Origin: Marsupella aquatica
Lineage: Eukaryota > Plantae > Marchantiophyta
NCBI GenBank assembly: GCA_973895155.1
Contig: OZ316896.1
Coordinates: 16,914,754-16,978,753, forward strand
Length of the DNA: 64,000 nt
Direction: 5' to 3'
The position numbers were made by a program, and so were the translations under genes. The stretch's first letter is position 1. The number at the start of each line of letters is the position of its first letter. Of the stretch, positions 1 through 12,700 are shown in pieces. The notes under the pieces were generated by a model. The model saw nothing but the letters and a program-made list of their open reading frames with translations, searched no databases and was not told the origin of the DNA.

Positions 1-717
1 TTTAGGAGACTCACTTTGCCCCCACACTCATTTTCCATATATATACACCCCAACTTAAGCTGTGTCCCCAACCTCAAAGTTCACTCTAGGTAGTAACCCT
101 TCAAAAATTGATCTGCATCATTATTATATAGTTACAGTAGATATACAAGCCTAATCTAACCAAAATTGCAGGCCAAGGTGTTCACTATTCTTCTAGCCCC
201 ATTCTTTTGACCTATGCAATTCACCATAGAGCTCTACCATGGCCAGAGGTGGTCTTTTGGTAGGTTTTGTCCAGGGCTTTGGTTGTGGTAAGCTTTGCCC
301 TGGGTCCTTTGGGCTCTTTGGCTCATGCCCCTTGATTGGGTCTTTCACCTTGATTGAGTCTAAGTTCGGCTATGGGATTGTGTCTCCGAGTTAAGAGTCT
401 TTTGTTCTTTAGCAATTTGATATGTAAAATTAAATGTGTTTCCTTGTGGTTTGGCTTTCTCTCCAAAGTTCCAATGTGCTTCATTAGCTTCGAGTGTGAA
501 ACAGTTAGCAGACCTGACACTTTCTGTCACTAGCCACAAGATAAACAATAATTAGCCATCGCCTCATATATCTTATATATTTATATATAGCCATTTTGAA
601 AAGATTCTACTATTTTCCCGCTTCACACGCGAAAGGAATGTCACTTTTTGCCTTTTTACATGTGAAAACATTCTTTTGCTTTATCTATCCAATAAAGGCC
701 AAGCTTCAACCGTGGGA

Positions 718-965
718 CAAGAATTTACTTGTCGTTTCTATGTCAGAATTTACTTGTCGTTTGAATGCCCATACCTGAATTTAGATGTCAATTTAGCCCA
801 TACATCAACACAAGAATTACTCGTCAATTTTAGGCCAATTCTATGCCCATACCTCAAGACAAAATTAGGTGTTAATTTAATGCCCATACCCCTAGACATA
901 GCCACTCATCGATTTTATGTCAATTCTATGCCCATATATATCTTGAGACAAGAATTCACTTATTT
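718..965. repeat. Degenerate short tandem repeats (AATTTACTTGTCG / ATGCCCATAC motifs)
   Basis: Recurring GAATTTACTTGTCGTTT (x2) and (AT)GCCCATA(C) (x5) motifs at irregular 40-50 bp spacing. Confidence 0.55.
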
Positions 966-1275
966 TATTTGCCCTGCAAGAGGGAGGAGGCACTAAGGGT
1001 CTCGTCACAGCTTCTGCAGCCCTCATATTTCCCTTGCTGGAGATCAGATAGTAGATGATAGTAGGGAGACCCACATTTTTAGACTGGGATCCAACCCGAA
1101 GGTGGACCTGCCCATCCACTTTAGAAGTCTGGTCGCCTCTTCATAGGTTTACACCTATTGGTGTTCTGTTTAGAGAGGACCTAGTGCAGCACCGGTCAAA
1201 GTGGCTAGTGATTGCTACTAGGCAGAGGGAGAGTGGTCCTTCACTGCAGCTACAACATAGCTATAACAAAATAAT

Positions 1276-1834
1276 TCAGGGTGGCTTTACAAGAAGTTGG
1301 GGGCAGTTTCCACATTTTTTTTGTGTCCAAGATCTGATCAAGGCCATCCATTTGAGAGAAATTGATGTTGTTCACTTTACAAAACCTTGGGGGCACTTTC
1401 AACCGAACCTGTTACCAATCCTATATCGAATGCGGTGGGGCCCAATTTTTGCTTATGTGGAGCACTCTTTTGTCCTAGATTTTAGACCACCTCTCTTGGT
1501 GGTCTCTTCTTCTGGTCGCTTGGTCCATTTCTATTTTAAGTCATTTGTAATAAAAAGGGAGCCACAAGTCCTTCATAAGATATTCTCTTCTCACATTTAT
1601 AAAGACTTTACCCAAAGATTACGTGACATTCAGGTGGAGTGGGTACTTAATCTGTCTTTTAGTCAATTAATCTGGCACCATTGGTTACACTTGGCTTTAC
1701 AAGACCTTGGGGGCAATAAAAGGATTCAAAAATGCTTTTAGCCCGGACACTATATTTAGTGTGTGCAATGGCCCTCGAGTTTGCTTTGGTAAAAAAATTC
1801 CCAAGTGCCCCCGAAGTCTTGTAAAGTACTCCTG
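1276..1834. mobile_element. MITE-like element with degenerate ~33-bp terminal inverted repeats
   Basis: Left TCAGGGTGGCTTTACAAGAAGTTGGGGGCAGTT matches the reverse complement of the right end TCAGGAGTACTTTACAAGACTTCGGGGGCACTT. The motif CTTTACAA-ACCTTGGGGGCA recurs internally at ~1375 and ~1695. No clear TSD. Confidence 0.5.
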
Positions 1835-1847
1835 AGTTGGAAAAATG

Positions 1848-2170
1848 AGACCATATGTTTCTAGGAGCTTGTGGCTGCCGAGCTATACACGCAGGTAAGC
1901 GTGGCGAACACTGAGTAGAAAGGATGAGACTATCTGTTTATAGGTAAGCGTGGTGAACACTGAGTAGAAAGAATGAGACTATCTGTTTATAGGAGCTTCT
2001 GGCTGCGGAGTTATACAGGCAGGTAAGCTTAGTCAACACGGAAGGTGGCATCAGGGGAAGGTGAAGGTGGAAGAGGATAGACATTACCTAAGTACGCAGT
2101 AGTGAAGTACCCGAAATCGCATCAGAGGAAGGTGAAGGTGGACGAGGATGCTTAGACATTACCTGAGCAG
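1848..2170. repeat. Nested tandem duplications immediately upstream of the GT49 start
   Basis: GGTAAGCGTGG(C/T)GAACACTGAGTAGAAAG(G/A)ATGAGACTATCTGTTTATAG x2; AGGAGCTT(G/C)TGGCTGC..CAGGTAAGC x2; GCATCAG(G/A)GGAAGGTGAAGGTGGA..AGACATTACCT x2. Confidence 0.8.
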
Positions 2171-2210
2171 GCTGGCCATCGAGTCGTGAAGGACCCGAAA
2201 CTAAACAGGG

Positions 2211-5200
2211 ATGGGCGGAGTAGGGCGGTGCAAGAACTGGCAATCCTTGTTAGCTTGCTACCTGCTGGCTTCTGCGGTTCTTGTGATGATTGTCGTCTTC
2301 TTCGCGGAGGATTTTCTATTCCCCACAAAATGCTATAACTTCGAGAGCCAAGCTGATCAGGTTGGGCTGGTGCAGAAAATAATTGGCATAAGGCGGCCCT
2401 TGATGCAAAATTTCGCATCGGCGGACCGCGGCTCGGACACAGTTTCGAATACCACGAGCGAGATCAGTGTCGAAGAGAATGTGGAGAAGTACCGATCTGT
2501 GGAAGTGTCAAATGAGGCAGATGTAACCGAGACCATCGGGACAGGCCTAGCAAAATCCAAGGAGGACACCGGCGGCGAACGGAATGCAACAGCACTTTCG
2601 AGTCCAGTCAGCGTCAGATCGGTAAGCAATGACTGCATGGTGTTCCATTCAGTCCCAGGTCTATGTCGCGATCCGAATTGACACACCAACCCCCTCTCCG
2701 TAGTATGTGCAAGCCTAATTTCGTCATCGTCGTCATCACCTGATGATTGGACTCTCTCCAGTCGCGGCCCACGTTCCATATCATTCTCGATCATACTAGT
2801 GGGACTGCCAGCCTTCATATCGTATAGCTGTAAACAAACTTACTAGTCAGCTAACAATGCCCGTAATTGACGAACTTTTTAATGAAGAATGGTTACGAGC
2901 ATAATTAATGGAGCAGTTGTGAATGTGATTCCCGATCTGGTTACATCATGAGTCGACATTGACAAGTTGCTATGTAGACGCGCGGTGAGAAATTTTCGTC
3001 TCGGATTGTGATGCTAGCTTGTGAATCGCTTGTGGCGCGCAGGCTTGGTTTTACACAAATGTATACAAACATCCCGTCGCAAACCTGAGGAAGTTGACCG
3101 CCGAGGACGGAGCTCCGCCCATACAAAGCAACAAACCGCCACCCGACAGAGAGATTAGCATTGTTACTCAGGTGAGGTGATCAGCTCATCAAACCATGAC
3201 TGCGGCTACTTTGGACCTATGCCAGGATTCATTCATTTCATATATACGTTCAAGCTGAAGTAAACTATCGATTCCATCGAAGGCGAGTGCGCAAGCACTT
3301 TATTTTTGCTGTTGTGTGGCTGAGCAGTGGACTGACTCCTCACCATTAGACGGTGATGCTCTGGATGCACATTGCCAGTGCTTAAGTTGATTCTTTCTGA
3401 AAGCTAACCGCGTCTAGTTCGAAGATGTTGTAAGAAAATAAACGAGGGAAAACTAGGCAGAAAAGAAACCATCTTCGAGCTCCATTTTTTCGCCGAGAAA
3501 ACAATCGTTGCAGGGCTGAATCATATCTTGCCATGAAAACAACAGACGTAAATGAAGCACCAGGAGTCTAGGAAAAGTCGTCCTTGAATCACGTGCAAAA
3601 CAAGTACGTCTCAAAGACGAATGTATGCATCTACATCCAATTTATGCACTACGATTTGTTCTTGCTATTAGCACTACGTGGCTACGCAAACTCTGAAACC
3701 GAAACTTACAATTTATACATAAACAATTCGCCGAGAATCTTAGAAGGCTTCCTGGAGGTACAATACCATCGTATGATATGTCAATACACCCGCTTGAAAT
3801 TCGGGCTAGACACTCGGGACCATAGACTAGTTTGGAGTCTAGTGTGATTGCGATGATCTTGATCCGATTCCTTCTGCATATCAAGTGAGAAAAAGCGGGA
3901 CATAGATTAGTGGAGCTAAGTTGGTCTTTCGGAAAGAAGGCAAGGAGACCGAATTGGAATCATAATTCATGTACACGTGCAGAACCTGGAATTTCACATA
4001 CCTGCTTGGTTTGGATCTCAATTCTAAGTGAATAGACTTTTGACCAAGTCGCGCCGCTGCTCGAAAGCAGACTGACTTTGGTTCCGTACCTTGATGCGCA
4101 GACCTCGGTAGATCGACTGGCTGCGTTGGAATCCACATGCTTAGGATGGGGGGGCGCTTTAGTTATCGCCGTGCATGTGAGATTGCAGTCAGAGTTTGCC
4201 TTTGTCTACGACCAGGTGAAACAAATGCATGCCCGAGTGGAAGAACAGTCGGGATGTCGAATGGACATTCAGTTGGTCACGGAGGACGGCTTCGAAACTG
4301 AAGAAGACGCCATTCGAGCCTTGTATCCAGTATGTTGGAAACCTCTGGTCTTTGCACACACATCACTTCTTGCTCTTAGTCTTTCCAATTCTAACCTTCC
4401 TCGTTCGTATGGGTAAGACCGATTTCGGACAATTGGTCTAGCTTAGTCAAAGGGCTAACATTTGACAGACAAGGAATAAGTTAAGAAGACTAAGTTGAAC
4501 ATGTTCTGAATTAAAAGGGACCCAAAACTGCATGTCGAACCCTTATAGGTCCTTTTAGCATGGCAAAGTTCTCGACCGGAAGGCGAGCTCTTTTGAATGC
4601 TACAGGAACAGAGGAATATGATTGATAGAGACGAAAGAGTGCTGTGTGGTGCTCAGAAAACGGTTAAGTCGTCGATATCCCTTGTATGTCCTTCGACTGG
4701 ATGGAATATTCTCTTAAGTTCGTCAGGTTCGTGTTTAGTTCCTTTTGACTGAAGATGTAAACACAGACTCTAGAGAGCTAGCTGGGGCCTGAGCAGCATG
4801 TTTGTCATTTCAGTAACATCACCCAATTAACTTGGCGACCGATATAGTAATCAAGTTTATCAGCTGAGCTCCATGATGGGACTCCTCTCGGTGAAGCTTT
4901 TGGGAAGCGAGTTGGAGATACCTCTATTTCGATGGTCAGATTTGTGGATCATTGTTAAAGGAAGCAGAAATCATCGGGAATTCGTACCATTGGGAAATGA
5001 TCACAGACATTATAACTTTATGGTATGCGAAATCAGTGAAGGAAAGGCAATTGATCCATGAATCTGTCTTTCTTTTTGATAGCCTGTTGAATGATTCATG
5101 AAATGGGAGATGATCCCAAGTTAGGAATACTCAAGAGGCAAGTTTATTTGCTTAAACGAGCTTGTGTAACCTCATCATAGCAGAGTTTTAAACCTTTTTC

Positions 5201-7660
5201 GATATTCTCTACTTCTTGTCTCTCCTCCTTTGAAAACTCTTGTAACTATCCTCTCTTGAATTACTTAAGTCGTTGATAGGAATCGAAGTCATGTTCGGAA
5301 TAACTTTTTTCCTCGCCAATTTCGAGTTAGTACGATTTTCACTCTGAATTCGATCTCTTGTGTTGTGAATAGACACTGCTGGGCCATGAAGATGTGTATG
5401 ACCCAGGGATGTTTGCAAAAGGCCGCGGAATATTTTGTCATATTAGTGACGAAGGATAGATCTTGGTCCTTTGATCCTACTGCTGGACTATTGGCCGCGG
5501 ATTCAGGAACTTGTGGTTGAAAATTTGCAGGTGAATGCATTACGAAATGTTGCATTGGGGATGGCGACGACAAAGCTTGTTTTTCTGCTTGATGCTGACT
5601 TCAAGCCAAGCCCAAGGTAAGATTGATCTTTGCCAGCCTGCGGTTTGATCATTTTGTATCTCCCAGCTGCTTTTCCTAACTTCTGCATTTGAGTACCTCA
5701 TTTGTTGTCATGGACTGAATGTGATGAATTTTCCATCGAATCACTTCTCATCCGTCACTGAACCTACATTAGTTGCTGGATTAGTTGCTGCACTGCATGG
5801 TGCAAATCCTCACAAAGCTGATTTCTGGTGTATAATTACTTTTGATTAAAAGAACCCTTGATCAAATCTCGCCACATGTTATTCGGTTTGCTAGCACGGT
5901 TTAATGTTCTCCATAATCATGCTCTTCAGCTTGTTCTGCAGTGTGGCTGCTTTTGGTTATTGTCGTCAAGGTCTTGTTAGGTTTTGTGTTTTGATACTGT
6001 GTAATGATAACCAAGGCCTGAACTCAAGGTAAATGCCTTGAATCAGAACCGTGGTTTATTACACTTCATAAATATGAGTTGAGTAATGATTATGAGTAAT
6101 CTGACAGAGCTCTCTTTGAGATGTTTGAATGTCTGAATTGAAGGCTGCACGAGATTCTCACCGAGGACAAAGAAAAATATCAGAACCTCTTGAGACAGGC
6201 AACCGACGAAAGGCAACTCTTTGTGGTGCCCGCTTTTGAAGCAGTAAGTGTCAATAGCCGTCACACAAAAGTGCCCGTGACGGTTCCTGAAACCATGGAG
6301 GACTTGAGGGAAAGGTGGAAGAAGATGACTGTTGATTGCTTTCACTGCCTAAAGTCTCCAACAGGTCATGTGCCCACGAATTTCAAAAAGTTCTTCAACC
6401 CCAAGACAACCGATCCATACCCAATTTCTTACAGGTACCTGCATACCTCTTCAGCATACCTCACTGACCTTTTCAAATGGCAAATAGGTTAAATATTTCT
6501 TCATTCATAGGTGCGATTTGATACCAATTACGGGGTGCTTTTGTGGAGTTGTTGGATCTAAGTCATGCGCTATTGATCCTTCAGAGACGGATTTGAACCA
6601 TACGTCGTAGGTGCTCTTGATGCAATTCCTCCATATGATGCGCGATTCAGGTATGGTCATCAGTTCTACTTACTTCATCAGTTGCATGAAAAGAAAATGT
6701 ACAGAATGAAGTCAGCTACCGTTTTGTAGCTCGGTCTTCATTTTATTCTGCAACAGTGCATCTAATTTTCCTCGTGCGGTGTGTTTCAGGGGTTATGGTG
6801 AAAACAAAGTTTCACACATCTATTCCTGTGCAGCTGATGGCATGGGCTTTCAAGTTCTTCCAAATGTTTATGTCTTCGAACTACCCCACCCTCCTTCTAA
6901 AGCTCACGACTCTTACATCGGGAGGCGTAAGGTAGCAATCATCCAGACTCTACAAATATCAAGTCAATCATAGAGAGCTTAAAGCTTTCACCTAGATTGC
7001 ATATTAAGGTCGGAACGAATTAAGTTCCAGTCCTGTCATTTTGGTTTTAAGACGGTGTTAGGTATTAGGAAATCAATGTAGCTCATTGAATGGTGTCATA
7101 CTGTAAGTCCAATAGATCCAATGGCTCATGTTATCTCTTACATCCCAAAGCATAAGCCATTGTATCTAATGGACTAATTGGAATAAGGTCACAAACTAGT
7201 GAAGTAATCTACAGCAGCAATCTCCAGAGGACAAAATTAATTATCCACAGCAGAGTACTCCATACGTGTCATTGAAATGCCATGGGAGAGCACCTAGGGA
7301 CGATGAATACACGGCCTCTTGGTGTATGGAAAATATGCAGAGAAACAGCAGGAATTGTCTCTTTAGCTAATGTTTCGGTAGGTTGCATGGTTCTCAAAGG
7401 TCAGCAAACGAAAAATCTCTAGTGGTAAACCTTCGCTGAATGCACAGAGGAAAACGATTTAAACACGAGATGTAATGTGATTACTAATCAGTATGCGACC
7501 TTTTGTCATGCAGGATCCAGATCAAAGATTGCGGATTGTAGGCCTGTACCGTCAATTTAAACATGAGATAGCGGAGATACAAAAGAAGAAGAACGCTGAA
7601 AGATACCGCCATTTCTTGCACACAGCAGAAAGAAAACTCAAAAATGAGGAGCCCAGTTGA
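2211..7660 (+). CDS. Glycosyltransferase family 49 protein (LARGE GlcA-transferase domain / B4GAT1-like), type II membrane protein, 8 exons, 499 aa
   Basis: Exons 2211-2621, 3043-3171, 4102-4329, 5531-5616, 6144-6434, 6585-6650, 6790-6931, 7514-7660, all GT-AG and in phase (1500 nt). N-terminal TM anchor LLACYLLASAVLVMIVVFF. GT49 motifs ISIVTQTSVDRL, YPVNALRNVAL, VFLLDADFKPS (DxD), FVVPAFE, FEPYVV, PPYDARFRGYGENKVSH. Confidence 0.9.
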
Positions 7661-8253
7661 TTCCGCTGCCTCCATGAATACGGGCTAGACACATCTACAT
7701 CTACTGCAGCTTCTGCTTCGACGATGAAAGAGTGGTCACGAGAGATGAGTTTTTACTTGGCTACGAGTGCAGTGGGCCTTTTGTACCTTAAACCACCACT
7801 GGCCATATAATTGGAGGAGTGTCCAAAAAGGAGGAGTGTCCAATTTTTTTTCACTTCTTCACATTCCTTTCCTCTACCCTTCCTCCCCTCTACCCTGAGA
7901 CTTTGCTCCACAATTTTGGGGCACAATTTTGGGAAAAAGTACTAAGAGTGGTGAAATCTGTGTAACCAGGTTTTTGTCATGGCTAGTGGCTCTTTAAACA
8001 TAACAAACCATGGCCTCCTTTTTACCCTCACAGCAGGGGCTAAAATATTCTTTGCCTCTAAGGAATTCAGAGCAATGACATTTCAAGTACAACAGCATAC
8101 ATCTGACCCCAAGAGGGCATACATGTGAGAGACCCAAGAGGAGCATGAACAGTAAAGGACGGGGACGATGTGGAGGATGATGTGGCCCGCACCAAAGCCA
8201 GCAGAACACGCAATTCAACTTTACATAATGTTATAAAGAGAGTTTTATATAAG

Positions 8254-8520
8254 CTAGCTCAACCTCGTGCTTTGCATAGAAGATATTGTTACGGAAAAGA
8301 CGTTGTATAGAAGAAATGTGGTCCGCGAAAGATATTGCTGAGTAGAAGATGTGGTTCTGTAAAAGATGTCATTTTGTGAAAGAGGTTGAATAATATATGT
8401 CATTACGGAAAACAGGTTGTTGTGCTTAGGGTTTCATTGAATGCGTGAAAACACATTGTTGCTTAAAAGATGTCAATGTGTGTTCCACAAAAGATGTCTT
8501 TGCACGGAATCTCATATTAC
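8254..8520 (-). mobile_element. Possible non-autonomous Helitron 3' end
   Basis: The minus strand reads TCTATGCAAAGCACGAG-GTTGAG-CTAG, a decayed hairpin a few nt before CTAG, next to repetitive AAGA(T/C)GTTGT-like sequence. No 5' TC end identified. Confidence 0.3.
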
Positions 8521-9241
8521 ACCCAATAGTCTTTCTATAAATTTTAACAAACCCCTCCTCTCCAGTTTTCTTAAGGCTCTCCCCCCCAATCTTTGTAACT
8601 CTTCCGCCACCCCATCCAACGTCTAGGTTATAAATTCAATCCATTCCCCCCTTTTTAATTTAAATTATGCCCCCTTCTTTTCCCCTTCTCTAACCCCTAA
8701 AGCCAAGCGGTAACTTATTACTACCCCCTTCAAGTTAAAGAAAAATGAATAACTTGTCTGAGAGGCCCACCAAGATCCTTTGTGTACTTAAGTAGTTATT
8801 TTCTTTTATTTAAGACTCACTTTGTGTGGGACAAATGACATGCTCCATGTGAATCCTAATGCCAAACATTCTGGCCCACCCCTGCTCCCCTCTCGTGTCT
8901 CAAGAGCATCTAAACTAAACACATGTATCCTAAAATCACTTTAAAAGCACAAGTTACAGAAGTGCAATTTTAATTTCCTTGGATATCTGTCATTCTACAT
9001 CTCATCACTAGAATCTTAGGGCTTTTAAATCTCACCTAAGAGGCGAAAAGGCGCAGGCCAAGGAGGAAGGCTTGGGTGTAGAAACCCAATCTTGGAAAAT
9101 CTGATGGTCTCAATTTGGAAGACTACCACGTCAGAAGAACAAGAGCAGGAGTGCTTATTATAGGTTTTTGTGTGTGTTTAAACCTGCTGGTAGAGGAATT
9201 TGTTGATTTTCTTGTAGGAAAAACAGCACATCCTACAAAAT

Positions 9242-9565
9242 TGTGGGGAGAAATCAGATCAGGAAAAACACTCCAAACATACACGTGCTCAATAATTATG
9301 TGGTTCGCCTCAAGGTTGGCTACGTCCACGGGAAGACCAAGCTTTATTAATGGTTATGTGTCTACTCAAGCATCACCATAACTCTCATCTCTTCAAGCTC
9401 TTATCTCTTGCTATATCATTGTGTTCTCTCTTGAGAACTCTCTTGTGTGTTCTCACACCATATACAAGTTGAAGAGATAAGGACCAATCTCTTCAACTAG
9501 GGTTTACTTTAACCCTAGTTAACATACTAACCATAGTTCAACCCAAGACTGAGTTAACCTCTACA
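9242..9565 (-). repeat. 3' LTR of copia element
   Basis: TGTGGGGAG...CTCTACA, adjacent to the PPT. Confidence 0.97.
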
Positions 9566-9759
9566 AACTCTCCCTTGACTCACGTCTTGGGAGGGTTCAT
9601 AACATTGTCTTTTCCTTACAAGTTCCTCCGCGGGAAGTTCAAGACAGTAGGGCCAAAGGACCCTCCCCCTAATGCAAGGGTTAACTAGAACTAAGCCGTA
9701 GCCGATAAGCCATCGGATGGAGTACTCATATAGAGACATTTTCTTGGTTAACTCTATAT

Positions 9760-12700
9760 TTACAATATTTGTAAATAATTACAATGCCTTGAAAAACTAT
9801 TGGAATCTAATACTTTGGTAAAAGCATCCGCTTGATTAAGCTTTCCATCAATCTTGACAAGCTCAAACTCATCATCCGATAATGCCTGTCGGATGAAATG
9901 ATAGCGGACATCAATGTGCTTTACCCTGCCATCCATCACCTGATTCTTGGCAGTGTAAATTGCACTTTGACTGTCACAATGAAGATAGACACAATCTTGT
10001 GATAAGCCCATCTTCGTGACAAGCTTTTTCAACCAAATGGTCTCTGATGCTGCTACATACTCGGCATCCATAGTAGACTTTGCAACATACTTTTGGAGAG
10101 TAGACTTCCAACTAATGCATCCACCAGCAAGTGTAAATACATATCCAGTTGTCGATCTCCTCTTATCCAGATCACCTGCGTAGTCTGCATCCACATAACC
10201 TTGAAGCACTTTCATATTGTTTGAACTTGCATCAAACAATAAACCCTTCTTAGTGGAACCTCTGATGTAGCGCAAAATCCATTTCACTGCTTCCCAATGA
10301 ACTTTTCCTGGATTTGCCATGTATCTGCTTACCTTGCTAACGGCATAAGCTATGTCTGGTCGGGTGCAGACCATGAGATACATTAAACTACCCACAACAC
10401 TTTCATAAGGAACTTTGGACATCAAACTTTTTTCTGTCGCATCCGATGGACAAAATGCTGCAGAAATATTGAAATACCTTGCCAAAGGAACACTCACAGC
10501 CTTAGCATCTGCCATGTTGAATTTTGAAAGTACCTTCTCTGCATCAGCCAAAGTTTGGCTTTGTTAACATCCCTGACAATCTCCATGCCTAGGATCCTCT
10601 TGGCTGTGCCCAAATCCTTCATCTTAAACTCAAAACTGAGTTGGGCCTTAAGCTTATAAACTTCGCCCCTATCTTGTGCTGCAATGAGCATGTCATCCAC
10701 ATAAAGTACAAGGATGACAAGCTTAAAACCTGTGTTGTTCACACGCCTGATGTAAACACATGGATCGTACACGCTTCGCACAAATCCAAGCGATTTCAAA
10801 AATTCATCAAAACGCTTGTTCCACTGCCTTGGGCTCTACTTTAATCCATACAAGGATTTTAGCAACCTGCATACTAAATTTTCCTTGCCCTTTTGCACAA
10901 AACCCTCTGGTTGCCTCATGTAAATCACCTCATCCAACGATCCATATAAGAATGCCGTGACAACATCCATTTGATCTAAAACCAGATCAAATAAAACTAC
11001 AAGAGCACATAGCAAACGTATTGTTGAATACTTTGCTACGGGTGAAAAAACCTCATTGTAGTCTATACTTTTCTATTGAGTAAAACCCTTGGCTACCAAC
11101 CGAGCCTTAAATATCTTCTCAGCATCCTCCGTGGGTCCATCTTTATTCCTATACACCCACTTGCTGTCAATAGCCTGCTTGTCACTAGGTAGACTTGTGA
11201 GTTCCCAAGTCTTGTTATCATGAAGTGATTTCATTTCCATGCGCATCGCCACTTGCCACTGTTGCTTCTCCGTAGAAGCTAGGACCTCTCGAAATGAGGA
11301 TGGATCTCCATCTTCTGTCACCAATGCATCAATAGATTCTTCATCCAAATCCACATGATCAGAAGGAAGCCAAGTTCCATACCTTTCCCGGGCTTGACGT
11401 TTACGAGTTTCTCTTTGCACTGAAGACTCTGGCTGATCTGATTGTAGTGCGCTTTGCCTTACAGTAGTGTCAACATATTCTTCATTTGACACATCCTCTC
11501 CTCTTAAATCCTCTAGAGGAGGAGATTGCACTTTGTTAGTAGTAGGGAATTGATCTATTTCCCCCTCCTTCAATGATTTGTCTTCATTGAAGGATACATC
11601 CCGACTAACAATTAACTTGCAATCAACTGGATCCCACAATCAATATCCTTTAACGTCACGCTGATAACCAAGAAAAATGCATTTCTAGGCTCGAGGATCT
11701 AGCTTAGTCTTATTGTTGCTAGGAACATGTGCATATGCTTCACAACCAAAAACCCTAAGCTTTGAATAATCAGCAGGTCGATTGTGCCATAGCTCAAAGG
11801 GGGTTTTGTAAGTAATTGCCCGACTAGGAGAGAGATTTACTAGATAAGCAGCTATGTTGACAGCTTCCGCCCAAAAGATTTGTGGCAATTTAGAGTGGCT
11901 CAACATGCTCCTTGCTCGCTCCAACAATGTGCGGTTGAGTCGCTCAGCAACACCATTTTGCTCAGGAGTGTACACAGTTGTGAGATGGTGAATAATTCCC
12001 TTATTTGCACAATACGTGTTGAACTCGCCAGAGGTGTATTCACCACCATTATCTGATCGTAGATATCTCACATTCTTTGCAGTCTGTGTCTCAACTTGAG
12101 CTACCCATTGTTTGAAGATGGAAAGCACTTCAAACTTATGGGCAATGAAATAAATCCAAACAAACCTTGAGTAATCATCGATAAATGATACATAGTATTG
12201 TTTGCCTGAATGTGAGGAAACCGGAGCAGGACCCCACACATCGGAATGAATATACTCAAGTACAACTTTAGAATGATGAATGACAGTCAGAAATGGAGTT
12301 CTTGTTTTCTTGCCGACAATGCAATGATCACAAAAACTCAACTTGCATGCTTGCAATCCTGGTAGGAGATGTCGTTTGTGTAGGATTTCCAAACTTTTTT
12401 CGCTCATGTGACCAAGCCGAGCATGCCATAAATTGATTTTCTCCTCCTGAGATGTGACCAAATTGACTTCGGAGAAGGGTGGTGTCTTCCAAGACATAGA
12501 TGTTTCTTTTCCTCTTGCCAATAAGAACTTCATTTGATCAATGCGTGACTGTTAACACCCCATCAGTTGCACTCCATTGATAACCCTTTGCATCCAAGTA
12601 GCCAAGAGAAATCAAATTCTTACACATTTCTGGAATGTGTCTGACATTTGATAGAGTACAGTACCTGCCACCGGGTAGTTGAATCTTTACAGATTCAATC

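Noticed and set aside
1055-1741. 228-aa ORF
   Set aside because: No recognisable domain, and it runs through a MITE-like element. Likely spurious.
1848-2035. Repeat-spacer-like pattern suggesting CRISPR
   Set aside because: Units are tandem duplications without unique spacers, the context is eukaryotic, and there are no cas genes.
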